Assembly: GCA_040220235.1 (NCBI GenBank)
Contig: JAVJTO010000042.1
Direction: 5' to 3' (one strand)
Length of the DNA: 41,022 nucleotides
DNA from: Coleofasciculus sp. B1-GNL1-01
Lineage (GTDB): Bacteria; Cyanobacteriota; Cyanobacteriia; Cyanobacteriales; Coleofasciculaceae
Position numbers and translations under genes: made by a program. The notes below the pieces were generated by a model. That model worked only from the letters and a program-made list of their open reading frames with translations. It did not search any database and was not told where the DNA came from. Of this stretch, positions 1 through 8,810 are shown one piece after another (within the stretch, counting starts at the first letter, position 1; each line of letters opens with the position of its first letter).

Positions 1-186
1 TCTATATTGATGAGATTGATGTATTTTATCAGTTGATTTGTGGCAATAAGGACAGGTGGCTTTATTGGATTTATTCGCTAATTCAATTAAGATTTCATTT
101 TCGGTTATAAACCAATAGTTAGTGGCTTTAAAACCCTCAAACTTGATAAGTTTTGTAACGAAAAATAAAAGGGAGTTAGATGGCAT
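1..186 (-). CDS. ISL3-family transposase, N-terminal fragment (partial; not in ORF track)
   Basis: Own translation MPSNSLLFFVTKLIKFEGFKATNYWFITENEILIELANKSNKATCPYCHKSTDKIHQSHQYR is open to the window edge. CPYC..IHQ matches the zf-ISL3 zinc-finger pattern. Confidence 0.8.
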   Translation of the reverse strand, partial: MPSNSLLFFVTKLIKFEGFKATNYWFITENEILIELANKSNKATCPYCHKSTDKIHQSHQYR

Positions 187-352
187 AGTATTAATCTTTG
201 ATTTTTGCTGTTCATTTTCAGAATACTTTATATCATAAAAGCTGACCTCAAATCAATGTACAGCAGGAACTCAAAGCAACTTTGAGTGTAAAAATATTTC
301 AATTATTTGTTTTTCTTTACAGGTAATTTATCATAATTACTCTAGAAGAGCC
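1..352 (-). mobile_element. ISL3-family insertion sequence, left end plus 5' part of transposase (continues beyond window)
   Basis: The minus strand begins GGCTCTTCTAGAG at 352, a GGCTC start typical of ISL3 ends, exactly where IS630 homology stops. An ISL3-like ORF starts at 186. Confidence 0.75.
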
Positions 353-910
353 AAAATTACCGTCACATAAAGCGCCGATAATACTTAGTCTATCTTGGCG
401 TTTCCCGGGTCGCATACTATATAATCTTTCCCCTTTTTGGCTCCATCATTATGGATAGCTTTCATTATTGTTGATTCCGCTTTCATCTATGTATATTACC
501 TGTTTTAGTCTATATTTGGCTAGTTTTTGTTTAAACTCGCATCTGGCGTCTTCACATCTCTCCTGATAGCCATAAGTTTTTTTTTACGAGTGTAGCCAAT
601 TTTCTTGAATCCTCTACTAATTGTATGATGGCTGACATTCCCCCACAGTTGAGCTAATTCTTTTTGAGTTTTGTCCGGGTTGGCTTTTCTCTAATTCTTT
701 AAACTTATTCCAGTCTTTTATCACACATTTTTGAGCGGGTGGTTGGCTTTTTAAGGGAGCGGTAGAACCCGTTTTATCCCGCTGTTCTTTCCATCTATAA
801 AGAGTTGGGCGACTAATCTTAAATGCCCGACTCACTTGACTGACTGACACACCATTCCCTATCAGCTCCAATGCACGTATTCGTATTTTTTGACTATAAG
901 CGATCGCCAT
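353..910 (-). pseudogene. IS630 transposase pseudogene
   Basis: HTH start MAIAYSQKIRIRALELI..SRPTLYRW. A frameshift near 688 leads into ANPDKTQKELAQLWG..GYTRKKK. The A9 slippery run (577-585) leads into TYGYQER..VIYIDESG (first DDE Asp). In-frame TAA TGA at 446-451; truncated after RLSIIGAL. Confidence 0.85.
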
Positions 911-983
911 GGCTAGTAGATCCACTCTCTTGGTTGTACATTCTTGATTATAACTTGTAACTACACCAGCGCGAAGCGCTATA
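353..983 (-). mobile_element. IS630-family element remnant (one end plus 5' part of transposase)
   Basis: Minus-strand end TATAGCGCTTCGCG near 983 fits a TA target. Transposase homology runs 910->353 and is cut by the ISL3. Confidence 0.75.
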
Positions 984-1387
984 CCATCAAGCTTATTTAC
1001 CCCGAATATCAGCAAGGGAACAGATACGAAGAGTTACGTGAAAAAATTATTGATCAACTGCTTCGGAGTTGCGAAATAGTTCAAGGCAGGGACTGGGATG
1101 CAGTGCTAGGCGATTTTGAAGGTTATGACTCAGTGCCAATTATGACTATCCATAAAAGTAAGGGCTTAGAGCATCATACTGTAATTTTTGTTGGGCTGGA
1201 CGACGATGCATGGTGGAGTTTTCCGAATCAACCTGAAGAATCTCGTTGTGCTTTCTTCGTAGCGTTATCGCGTGCAAAGCAACGTATTATTTTCACTTAC
1301 TGTAAGCAACGTAGTCAAGGGAGGAATAAAATCTCTTCTCTCTATGATATTCTGAATAAGGCTGGAGTGAAAAATGAGCAAATTTAA
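984..1387 (+). pseudogene. C-terminal fragment of UvrD/SF1 helicase, 5' part displaced by IS630
   Basis: Motif V IMTIHKSKGLE..VIFVG and motif VI EESRCAFFVALSRAK are present; no Walker motifs. The first codons of track ORF 944..1387 lie inside the IS end. Confidence 0.85.
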
Positions 1388-1497
1388 CCTGAATGGCACT
1401 AACTTAAATGATTTCAGTGGGAGAGTCACGCTAAGATCACATCAGAGACAGTTTAACTGTACCTAACTTATTAAACCAATAGACCAACTATAAGACA

Positions 1498-1785
1498 ATG
1501 CAAAGCCAGATAACCTACACCCAAGCGTGTAGTAATTTTGACAAAATTTATGAAGAGGCTATTGCCAGCCGCGAAGCCGTCATTGTTACTCGTGATGGTT
1601 CTGAGAGTGTCGCGATTATTCCGATCAACGAACTGAACCGCATCATAGAAACAGCTTATTTATTTCAGTCACCAGAGAATGCAGCGCGTCTGCTTGCGGC
1701 GATACAACGTGCCAAGGCGCGGACTTTTCCGCCTCGCAGTATAGACGATTTACGTCAGGAGTTTGGACTTGGCGAAGAAGCGTAA
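1498..1785 (+). CDS. yefM: Phd/YefM family antitoxin
   Basis: ITYTQA..NFDKI..EAVIVTR..ETAYLFQSPENAARL pattern; overlaps the downstream toxin gene. Confidence 0.92.
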   Translation: MQSQITYTQACSNFDKIYEEAIASREAVIVTRDGSESVAIIPINELNRIIETAYLFQSPENAARLLAAIQRAKARTFPPRSIDDLRQEFGLGEEA

Positions 1786-2122
1786 AACGTCTCAATCGGA
1801 GTATCCAGAATCTGAACCTCCCCAGTCTGAACCCGCTCAGGAAGAGAGATTAGAACGTGATCTTGTGTTCGACTCCCAATTTCTGGAAGATCTGGCTTAC
1901 TGGGTACAGACAAATAGAAAAATTGCACTCCGGCTTTTATCGTTAGTAGAACAGATAAGCCGTTATCCCTTTACAGGAACAGGAAAACCTGAACGATTGA
2001 AGTATCAGGATGCTAATATCTGGTCGCGCCGTTTAACTCAAGCTGATCGCATCGTTTATATGGTGAGTGATGACCGCATTGATTTTCTCCAAGCTCGATA
2101 CCACTATAGCGATCGCGGATAA
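1763..2122 (+). CDS. yoeB: Txe/YoeB family toxin (start may be TTG 1769)
   Basis: FLEDLAYW..PFTGTGKPERLKY..WSRRL..DRIVY..ARYHY motifs. Confidence 0.92.
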   Translation: MDLAKKRKTSQSEYPESEPPQSEPAQEERLERDLVFDSQFLEDLAYWVQTNRKIALRLLSLVEQISRYPFTGTGKPERLKYQDANIWSRRLTQADRIVYMVSDDRIDFLQARYHYSDRG

Positions 2123-2279
2123 TTGAGATAAGAGAACTCTCGCCAGCGATGACACCTTGTTATAGAGCGTTTTCTTTCCTCGATATGAATACATAGGAGA
2201 ACTAAGGCTGCTAGACAAATTTCATGATTTACAATACGAGGTACAGAGCGATTGGTTTTCAAATCACAGCGATACGATC

Positions 2280-4322
2280 ATGCATTTTAAGTTTTCACCC
2301 AATATCCTGAATAGATTAGGTGAAGAACTGATTCCTAATCCTGACCAAGGAATTATCGAATTGGTGAAGAATTCTTATGATGCTGATGCGACCCAATGTA
2401 CAGTAGAGCTTATCAATACTGACACCACAGGTGGTTCCATCCTGATTTCAGATAACGGTATTGGTATGGATCTCGCGGCTATTAGTGAGGGATGGTTTGT
2501 ATTAGGTCGGTCAAAAAAAGCTGCCCGCGAACCTACTGCTCTGGGACGTTTACCTGTTGGTGATAAAGGATTAGGTCGGTTAGCTGCGTTGAGACAAGGG
2601 TCGAAAGTACACTTAAAAACCCGACCTAAAAATGAACCTGAAGTTGAGTATTCTCTGACTATTAATTGGCAAGATTTTGAGCAAGCATCTGTTGTGGAAG
2701 ACATTTCCTTCAATGTCCAAAAAGATATGACTAACTCGCCACAAGGAACTGAAATTTTCATTCAGGATTTAAGTATAAAGTTTGGTCGGCGAGAGGTAAA
2801 AAGATTAGCAAGAGAACTTTTATTCTTGGCAGATCCATTTGATAGTCGTGTCTCTTTCCGCCCTAGGCTGATTGCTCCAGAATTTGCTGATCTTGAAAAA
2901 CAAGTCAATGAGTCTTATTTGAAGGATGCTGAATATCATTTGAAGTCGTCAGTTAATGGAAATGGAGTTGTAGAAGCCTCCGTATTAGACTGGAAAGAAA
3001 ACTTGCTATTTCAGGCAAAGGATAGTGATATTTCTCAAGAAAACTACAAAACAGTACCCGCAAAATTTGAGTTATGGGTATTTTTACTAAATCCTCAAAA
3101 TTTCTCTGCAAAAACAGCTTCTTTCGGACAGGTTAGAGAATGGCTATCAGAAGTTGGTAATGTTCATTTATACCACAGGGGTTTGCGGGTGAAACCCTAT
3201 GGCGACCAAGGAGATGATTGGCTGAAATTAAATTATGCACGAGCAAGAAACCCAGAAGTACGTCCCTCGACCAGTACTGTTATTGGTCGGATAATTGTCA
3301 ATGATCCTGATGATCGGTTGATCCAAAAGACCGATAGACTAGGTTTTATAGAAAATGAAGCTTTTATTGAGCTAAAGCGCTTTGCCATTGATGTATTGAA
3401 CTGGATGGCAAAAGAGAGGCTTAAACAAACTGAAAATAAACGACAAATAGTCAAACAAGAATCGAGTCGGGATGTCATTTCTGCTAAAAGAAATATTGAA
3501 AGTGTTATTGAAAAAGCGGTGCCACAGCAATCCCGTGACACAGTACGCAAGGTAATTCAACGGTACGAAGAGGTAAAAGAGCGTGAAACAAAAGCACTAC
3601 GGGAAGATCTTCAACTCTATCGAAGTCTGGCGACAGCCGGAACAACAGCAGCCGTTTTTGCTCATGAGTCTGGTAAACCTGTCACGTTAATCGAGAAAGT
3701 CGCTAAACGAATAGAAAAAAAAGGTCAAGAACTACCAGGAGAGATATATTTCAAATCTTTTGCAAAACCAGTAGAGATCCTTCATAAAGTCAGCAAGTCG
3801 TTACTGAGTTTTTCCAGGTTTCCTTTGCATTTATTAAAGCGAGAAAAGCGTAAAACGGGTCGTGTTGAGGTTAGCCTTGTCATTGATGATATACTTGAAC
3901 TATTTTCTCCTTTTCTTAAAGACAGCAAAATAGAGGTAGTAAAAAGTAGTATTAATAATCAGTATTTTATTCTCGGAAGTACGGCTCTCTTAGAAGCGAT
4001 TATTACGAATATTTTGACTAATACCATTAATGCTTTTAATGTAGAAGGTTCACGTACAGAAGGACGCCAGGTAAGGATCGTTACTGAAATTATCGAAAGT
4101 TACGTGCAGATCAAAATTTTAGATAATGGTTTAGGAATTAGAGATATAAACTTAAATGACATTTGGTTACCGGGTCAAACAACTAAACCAGGTGGGACAG
4201 GATTGGGACTAACTATAGTTAAAGATTCAGTGACTGACTTGGGAGGAAAAGTGCAGGCAATTGCTCAGGGAGAATTAGGTGGAGCAGAATTTATCATAGA
4301 ACTACCACTTGTTGGAGGTTAG
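2280..4322 (+). CDS. MORC-like GHKL ATPase fused to C-terminal histidine kinase
   Basis: N-terminal GHKL motifs ELVKNSYDADA, DNGIGM, GDKGLGR, GTEI. Charged coiled-coil linker. H-box FAHESGKP, N-box NILTNTINA, G1 DNGLGI, G2 GTGLGL. Confidence 0.88.
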   Translation: MHFKFSPNILNRLGEELIPNPDQGIIELVKNSYDADATQCTVELINTDTTGGSILISDNGIGMDLAAISEGWFVLGRSKKAAREPTALGRLPVGDKGLGRLAALRQGSKVHLKTRPKNEPEVEYSLTINWQDFEQASVVEDISFNVQKDMTNSPQGTEIFIQDLSIKFGRREVKRLARELLFLADPFDSRVSFRPRLIAPEFADLEKQVNESYLKDAEYHLKSSVNGNGVVEASVLDWKENLLFQAKDSDISQENYKTVPAKFELWVFLLNPQNFSAKTASFGQVREWLSEVGNVHLYHRGLRVKPYGDQGDDWLKLNYARARNPEVRPSTSTVIGRIIVNDPDDRLIQKTDRLGFIENEAFIELKRFAIDVLNWMAKERLKQTENKRQIVKQESSRDVISAKRNIESVIEKAVPQQSRDTVRKVIQRYEEVKERETKALREDLQLYRSLATAGTTAAVFAHESGKPVTLIEKVAKRIEKKGQELPGEIYFKSFAKPVEILHKVSKSLLSFSRFPLHLLKREKRKTGRVEVSLVIDDILELFSPFLKDSKIEVVKSSINNQYFILGSTALLEAIITNILTNTINAFNVEGSRTEGRQVRIVTEIIESYVQIKILDNGLGIRDINLNDIWLPGQTTKPGGTGLGLTIVKDSVTDLGGKVQAIAQGELGGAEFIIELPLVGG

Positions 4323-4327
4323 CTGTT

Positions 4328-5026
4328 ATGACAGTTATTCAATCTAATCAGAAAATAGCGATAGTTGATGATGAAGCAGAATTAGCAGAAGCAACTGGCT
4401 GGGAAGTAGAGGACGCTGGGTATGAACCTTTTTTAGTCGTCACGGGTCATTTTACAAACGTCAATGATTTAGCCTCAGTTATTTTAGAAAATACTCAAGG
4501 TGCTATTTGTGATAATCGCTTGACTAATTCTGGACTGGCTAATTTTTCGGGTGCTGAATTAGTTGCCACCTTGTATGATCTGAAATTTCCATCATTACTG
4601 ATATCTCAGTTTGTGGAAATTGACACTTCTTTTTCCATTAGAAAATGGAGACAAAAAATTCCTGTCTTGTTAAGTCGAGACAAAGCAAATGCGTCAAGTA
4701 TCAGCAAAGGAATTGAAGCTTGTCAACAAGAACTTGCTGGTCATCTGCCAATTACCAGAAAACCTTCTAGAACATTAGTAAGAATTGCCAACGTTGACCA
4801 AGCATCTAATGAACCTGTGGTTGATGCCTTTGTTATTGGTTGGAATCCCCATAAAGCCGTCCGTTTTCCAGCTTCACTGATTCCTGATGCTATTCGAGCT
4901 GATGCCCTAAGAAAAGGTGTCCGTCTATTTGCTCACGTTAATATTGGAGCGGATAATGCCGATGATTTATACTTCGATAAATTTGAGTTAGCACCTGAGC
5001 CAGATGACGATGATGGACTTGCCTGA
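4328..5026 (+). CDS. Receiver (REC) domain protein with uncharacterised beta-rich C-terminal domain
   Basis: IAIVDDE acidic pocket, AICDNRL candidate phospho-Asp, SGAELV helix and LLISQ. Starts 5 bp after the kinase stop. Confidence 0.8.
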   Translation: MTVIQSNQKIAIVDDEAELAEATGWEVEDAGYEPFLVVTGHFTNVNDLASVILENTQGAICDNRLTNSGLANFSGAELVATLYDLKFPSLLISQFVEIDTSFSIRKWRQKIPVLLSRDKANASSISKGIEACQQELAGHLPITRKPSRTLVRIANVDQASNEPVVDAFVIGWNPHKAVRFPASLIPDAIRADALRKGVRLFAHVNIGADNADDLYFDKFELAPEPDDDDGLA

Positions 5027-6026
5027 ACTTATTATTGTAGATGTTGGTCACGGTAATTGTTCTGTTCTCCGAGATACAGAAGGTGTGGTTGTTATTGACT
5101 GTCCCTATGGCAATACATTAAGAGAAATTATTGAGTATAGATCGATTCAATTCATTTCCCATATTTTAATTTCTCATGCAGATGCAGACCATATTGCAGG
5201 TATTGTTAATCTGCTATTAGATGAGAATCTCAAGATACATAATATTCACTTAAATCCTGATGCCATTAAAAAGAGTGAAATTTGGCAGGATCTACGAATT
5301 GCTTTAAAAGATGCCAGAAAACGTTTTGGAACGGTAGTTTCAACGGAATTAACTACAACCAAGTCAGGAACGTTAAATATTGGTCAAGTAGATATACAAA
5401 TTCTGGCTCCAACACCTGAATTGATCCTCGGTGGTGCTGGGGGAAGAGATTTACAAGGGAGGCGATTGACTTCCAACTCCATATCTGTTGTGATTGGCAT
5501 AGTCCATAATTCTCACCGAGTCGCCATATTAGCGGCAGATATTGACAAAATAGGATTGGAAAATCTGCTACAGGACGAACCTGATATCAGCGCGGATATA
5601 CTTGTCTTTCCTCATCATGGCGGAAAACCGGGTGGCGCAGATGGTAAAGCATTTGCTCAAGAGTTATGTGATTTTACAAAGCCTAAGTTGATAATCTTTT
5701 CAATTGATCGCAATCGTTTCAATAATCCTCGTGAAGAAATCATAGAGGGGATAAGCGTATCGGTTCCAGAGGCTCATATTTTGTGTACTCAGCTATCCAA
5801 ACAATGTGCTGAAAATCTGCCCAGTTCTGAACCTATCCATTTAAGTCGTCTTCCGGCTAAAGGATGGTTTAAAAACAGTTGTTGTGGAGGAACTGTCTCA
5901 GTTAATATAAAGGGTGGGGAAACAACTTATACTAAAATTGATTTGCACAAAGCATTTATTGACGATCAAGTGCCTACCCCAATATGTCGGAAGTTTCAGC
6001 CAAGATCTTTGTCCGATTCTAGGTAG
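5004..6026 (+). CDS. ComEC/Rec2-like metallo-beta-lactamase-fold hydrolase (putative nuclease), no TM domain
   Basis: DVGHGNC, IDC, SHADADH (HxDxDH), NSIS, AADI, PHHG and NP motifs; Cys-rich C-terminus. Overlaps the REC gene (ATGs at 5004, 5010, 5013). Confidence 0.88.
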   Translation: MTMMDLPELIIVDVGHGNCSVLRDTEGVVVIDCPYGNTLREIIEYRSIQFISHILISHADADHIAGIVNLLLDENLKIHNIHLNPDAIKKSEIWQDLRIALKDARKRFGTVVSTELTTTKSGTLNIGQVDIQILAPTPELILGGAGGRDLQGRRLTSNSISVVIGIVHNSHRVAILAADIDKIGLENLLQDEPDISADILVFPHHGGKPGGADGKAFAQELCDFTKPKLIIFSIDRNRFNNPREEIIEGISVSVPEAHILCTQLSKQCAENLPSSEPIHLSRLPAKGWFKNSCCGGTVSVNIKGGETTYTKIDLHKAFIDDQVPTPICRKFQPRSLSDSR

Positions 6027-6104
6027 GGCTTGCTGCAACAATTAGAACCCCTTAAAAATAAAGGTTTAGACGAAGATTATGGCAGCTTATGGGGGAACGT
6101 CAGG

Positions 6105-6443
6105 TTAACCTGAGGCAAAATCTGTATATTTTCGTACATTAGGTGCGTGATAAGCCAAGACAATCTCTTGCTTCGGCACTCCTTTTTCAACTAACTGATC
6201 GGCGATCGCGTCTTCTGTGCCATCATGTTGCACCCAAATTTTGCCATCAATGATATCAACATGGATGGCACAACCGTAGATTCGAGTGTTGTTATTTTTC
6301 CAGCCTAAATTGACAAGCTGATAGTGATCGCATTCTCGATCGAAAACAGTTTGACTTTTGATCGGATCATTGGGAGAACGCAACTTCGCCCTTGCCCTCA
6401 GCAAATCCTGAATTAGTTGACGATACCAATCTAATTTATCCAT
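6105..6443 (-). CDS. xisI: XisI protein
   Basis: MDKLDWYRQLI..DHYQLVNLGW..HVDIIDGKIWVQHDGTE..IVLAYH family signature. Confidence 0.93.
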   Translation of the reverse strand: MDKLDWYRQLIQDLLRARAKLRSPNDPIKSQTVFDRECDHYQLVNLGWKNNNTRIYGCAIHVDIIDGKIWVQHDGTEDAIADQLVEKGVPKQEIVLAYHAPNVRKYTDFASG

Positions 6444-6847
6444 TGAGCGATCGCCTCCTTGTCAATATCATAAATGATTAAAGGGATTTGGTTGCGCTGA
6501 ATCACAGTTTGAATGAATGGATACTTGAAAAGCCGTTTATAAATCTCTAATGGAACGGCTAAATATAATCGTCTATCAGCCTCTTCTTCTTCCAAGGCAA
6601 TACGATAGTTAATAAATTGCCCAATGGCAATGTGGAATTCTGAGATTGTCGAAGTTGCCAGGAACGTTTTAATTTCAACAGCAATTTTTTCGCCATCTTT
6701 GGTTGCCGCAATTAACCGCTCTGCACCTAAATCTATATAGAAATCCACAAACCCTAAATCGATGCGATAGGGGTCATGAGTGATTGTCCAGCCCTCATGC
6801 TCAAGGGCAGTTCTAACAAGCTGATGAAAGGCATCTTTTGCCGGCAT
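6431..6847 (-). CDS. xisH: XisH protein (PD-(D/E)xK-like)
   Basis: MPAKDAFH..GWTITHDP..DLGAERLIAA..IAVEIKTF..AIGQFINYR signature. Confidence 0.93.
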   Translation of the reverse strand: MPAKDAFHQLVRTALEHEGWTITHDPYRIDLGFVDFYIDLGAERLIAATKDGEKIAVEIKTFLATSTISEFHIAIGQFINYRIALEEEEADRRLYLAVPLEIYKRLFKYPFIQTVIQRNQIPLIIYDIDKEAIAQWIN

Positions 6848-6867
6848 TGTAAACCTTAGTCAGTTAG

Positions 6868-6986
6868 TAGTGACGTGGCACACCTTATTTGATGAATTAC
6901 AATTATATCCAGAAACCGTAGGGGCGCAGGTTGTGCGCGTTCAATGGTCACATCTATCCCACAATTTTAGCTGTGTCAGGTCAGTA
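6868..6986. mobile_element. MITE-like element (copy 1) carrying a GTAG REP-like palindrome
   Basis: Imperfect terminal inverted repeats TAGTGACGTGGCAC / GTGTCAGGTCAGTA. Both arms match 8808..8942 in reverse orientation. Confidence 0.65.
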
Positions 6987-7074
6987 GAATTTGTTCGGCA
7001 AAGCCACAATTCACTATCTTAGCCCTCGCTGGTGCGTTACGCTGTCGTTGATGGGGCGTAGACTGACCTAAGAG

Positions 7075-7167
7075 GAATGGCACTGACTGGTATGCTGGTG
7101 GGCAATGCCCACCCTACGGTAGCTCAAGGGTTTTGGTGTTCCCAAAATGCTTATTTCAGTGCTATTC
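7075..7167. mobile_element. 93-bp MITE with 10-bp target-site duplication
   Basis: TIRs GAATGGCACTGA / TCAGTGCTATTC, flanked by exact GACCTAAGAG at 7065-7074 and 7168-7177. Internal palindrome GGTGGGCAATGCCCACCCTAC. Confidence 0.85.
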
Positions 7168-7319
7168 GACCTAAGAGCGATCGCACATCCTCCAGGAACC
7201 ATGCGATCGCTCTTTTAATGGTCAGATTCATGCTACAGTCGCGATAAAATAGAAGGCTCCAGCATCTATCCCCATAGATGACTGGTGATTATCTTTAATC
7301 CTATAACGACCTTTTGCAG

Positions 7320-8723
7320 ATGAGCGAGAGAACACTATTCGATAAAGTTTGGGACTACCACACCGTCGGTACTTTGCCTTCGGGTCAAACTCAACTCTTT
7401 ATTGGTTTACACTTAATCCACGAAGTCACCAGTCCCCAAGCCTTTGGGATGCTGGGGGAAAGGGGATTGCAGGTGCTGTATCCCGATCGCACGGTGGCGA
7501 CTGTGGATCATATCGTTCCCACCGAAAATCAGGCGCGTCCTTTTGCGGATGTTTTAGCCGAAGAGATGATGCAGGTGTTGGAGCAAAGTTGTAAGGATTA
7601 TGGGATTCGCTTCTATAATATTGGATCGGGGAATCAGGGGATTGTCCATGTGATTGCTCCAGAACAGGGATTAACTCAACCCGGAATGACGATCGCCTGC
7701 GGGGATTCCCATACTTCGACTCATGGTGCGTTTGGTGCGATCGCGTTTGGGATTGGTACCTCTCAAGTCCGGGATGTCCTCGCCTCGCAAACCCTCGCCC
7801 TGTCTAAACTTAAGGTTCGCAAAATTGAAGTTAACGGGAAACTTCCTCCCGGTGTTTACGCCAAGGATGTGATTCTGCACATCATCCGTACTCTAGGCGT
7901 CAAAGGTGGCGTTGGCTACGCTTATGAGTATGCTGGCACAACCTTTGAGCAGATGACGATGGAAGAACGGATGACGGTGTGTAATATGTCCATTGAAGGC
8001 GGCGCCCGATGTGGTTATATTAATCCCGATCCGGTGACGTATGAGTATCTCAAAGGGCGAGATTTTGCGCCGAAAGGGGAAGACTGGGATAAAGCGGTGG
8101 AATGGTGGAACAGTATGCGTTCCGATGCCGATGCCGTTTATGATGATATCGTCACCTTTGATGCGGCTGAGATTGCGCCAACGGTGACGTGGGGAATTAC
8201 ACCGGGACAGGGAATTGCCGTAAATGAAGCGATTCCCATACCCGATAGCTTACCCGAATCAGAACGTGCGATCGCCGAAGAAGCCTATCGGTATATGCAG
8301 CTTATCCCTGGTGCGCCGATTCAGGGGACAAAAGTGGATGTTTGTTTTATCGGAAGCTGCACCAATGGACGATTAACGGATTTACGAGAAGCTGCTCAAT
8401 TTGCCAAAGGAAAGCGAGTTGCACAAGGGGTGAAGGCGTTTGTTGTTCCGGGTTCAGAACGAGTCAAAAAAGACGCCGAAGCCGAAGGATTGGATAAAAT
8501 CTTTGTGGAAGCGGGGTTTGAGTGGCGCGAACCGGGCTGTTCGATGTGTTTGGCGATGAATCCGGATAAGTTACAAGGGGATCAGATTAGTGCATCCTCC
8601 TCAAACCGTAATTTTAAAGGGCGTCAGGGTTCAGCTACGGGACGCACGCTGTTAATGAGTCCAGCGATGGTGGTAGCGGCGGCGGTTAACGGGAAGGTTT
8701 CTGACGTTAGACAATTATTGTGA
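7320..8723 (+). CDS. leuC: 3-isopropylmalate dehydratase large subunit
   Basis: [58 protein letters not shown] 7320 preferred over TTG 7314. Confidence 0.98.
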   Translation: MSERTLFDKVWDYHTVGTLPSGQTQLFIGLHLIHEVTSPQAFGMLGERGLQVLYPDRTVATVDHIVPTENQARPFADVLAEEMMQVLEQSCKDYGIRFYNIGSGNQGIVHVIAPEQGLTQPGMTIACGDSHTSTHGAFGAIAFGIGTSQVRDVLASQTLALSKLKVRKIEVNGKLPPGVYAKDVILHIIRTLGVKGGVGYAYEYAGTTFEQMTMEERMTVCNMSIEGGARCGYINPDPVTYEYLKGRDFAPKGEDWDKAVEWWNSMRSDADAVYDDIVTFDAAEIAPTVTWGITPGQGIAVNEAIPIPDSLPESERAIAEEAYRYMQLIPGAPIQGTKVDVCFIGSCTNGRLTDLREAAQFAKGKRVAQGVKAFVVPGSERVKKDAEAEGLDKIFVEAGFEWREPGCSMCLAMNPDKLQGDQISASSSNRNFKGRQGSATGRTLLMSPAMVVAAAVNGKVSDVRQLL

Positions 8724-8754
8724 GTAGCCATAAAGCCAGCCAGCCAGCCAGCCA

Positions 8755-8810
8755 AGAACTAAAGTTCTGGCTAAAAGCTAAAACCCGTTAAAACGGGTTC
8801 AAAGATTTAT
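8755..8810 (+). repeat. Dispersed double-hairpin repeat (second copy about 15050-15104)
   Basis: AGAACTAAAGTTCTGGCTwAAAGCTwAAACCCGTTAAAACGGGTTCAmAGATTTAT occurs at both sites. Confidence 0.8.

Noticed and set aside
944..983. TTG start at 944 for the helicase ORF
   Set aside because: It lies within the IS630 end; the product would lack Walker motifs.
5004..6026. Calling the MBL gene comEC (competence)
   Set aside because: It lacks the multi-TM competence domain, and the context is not competence-related.
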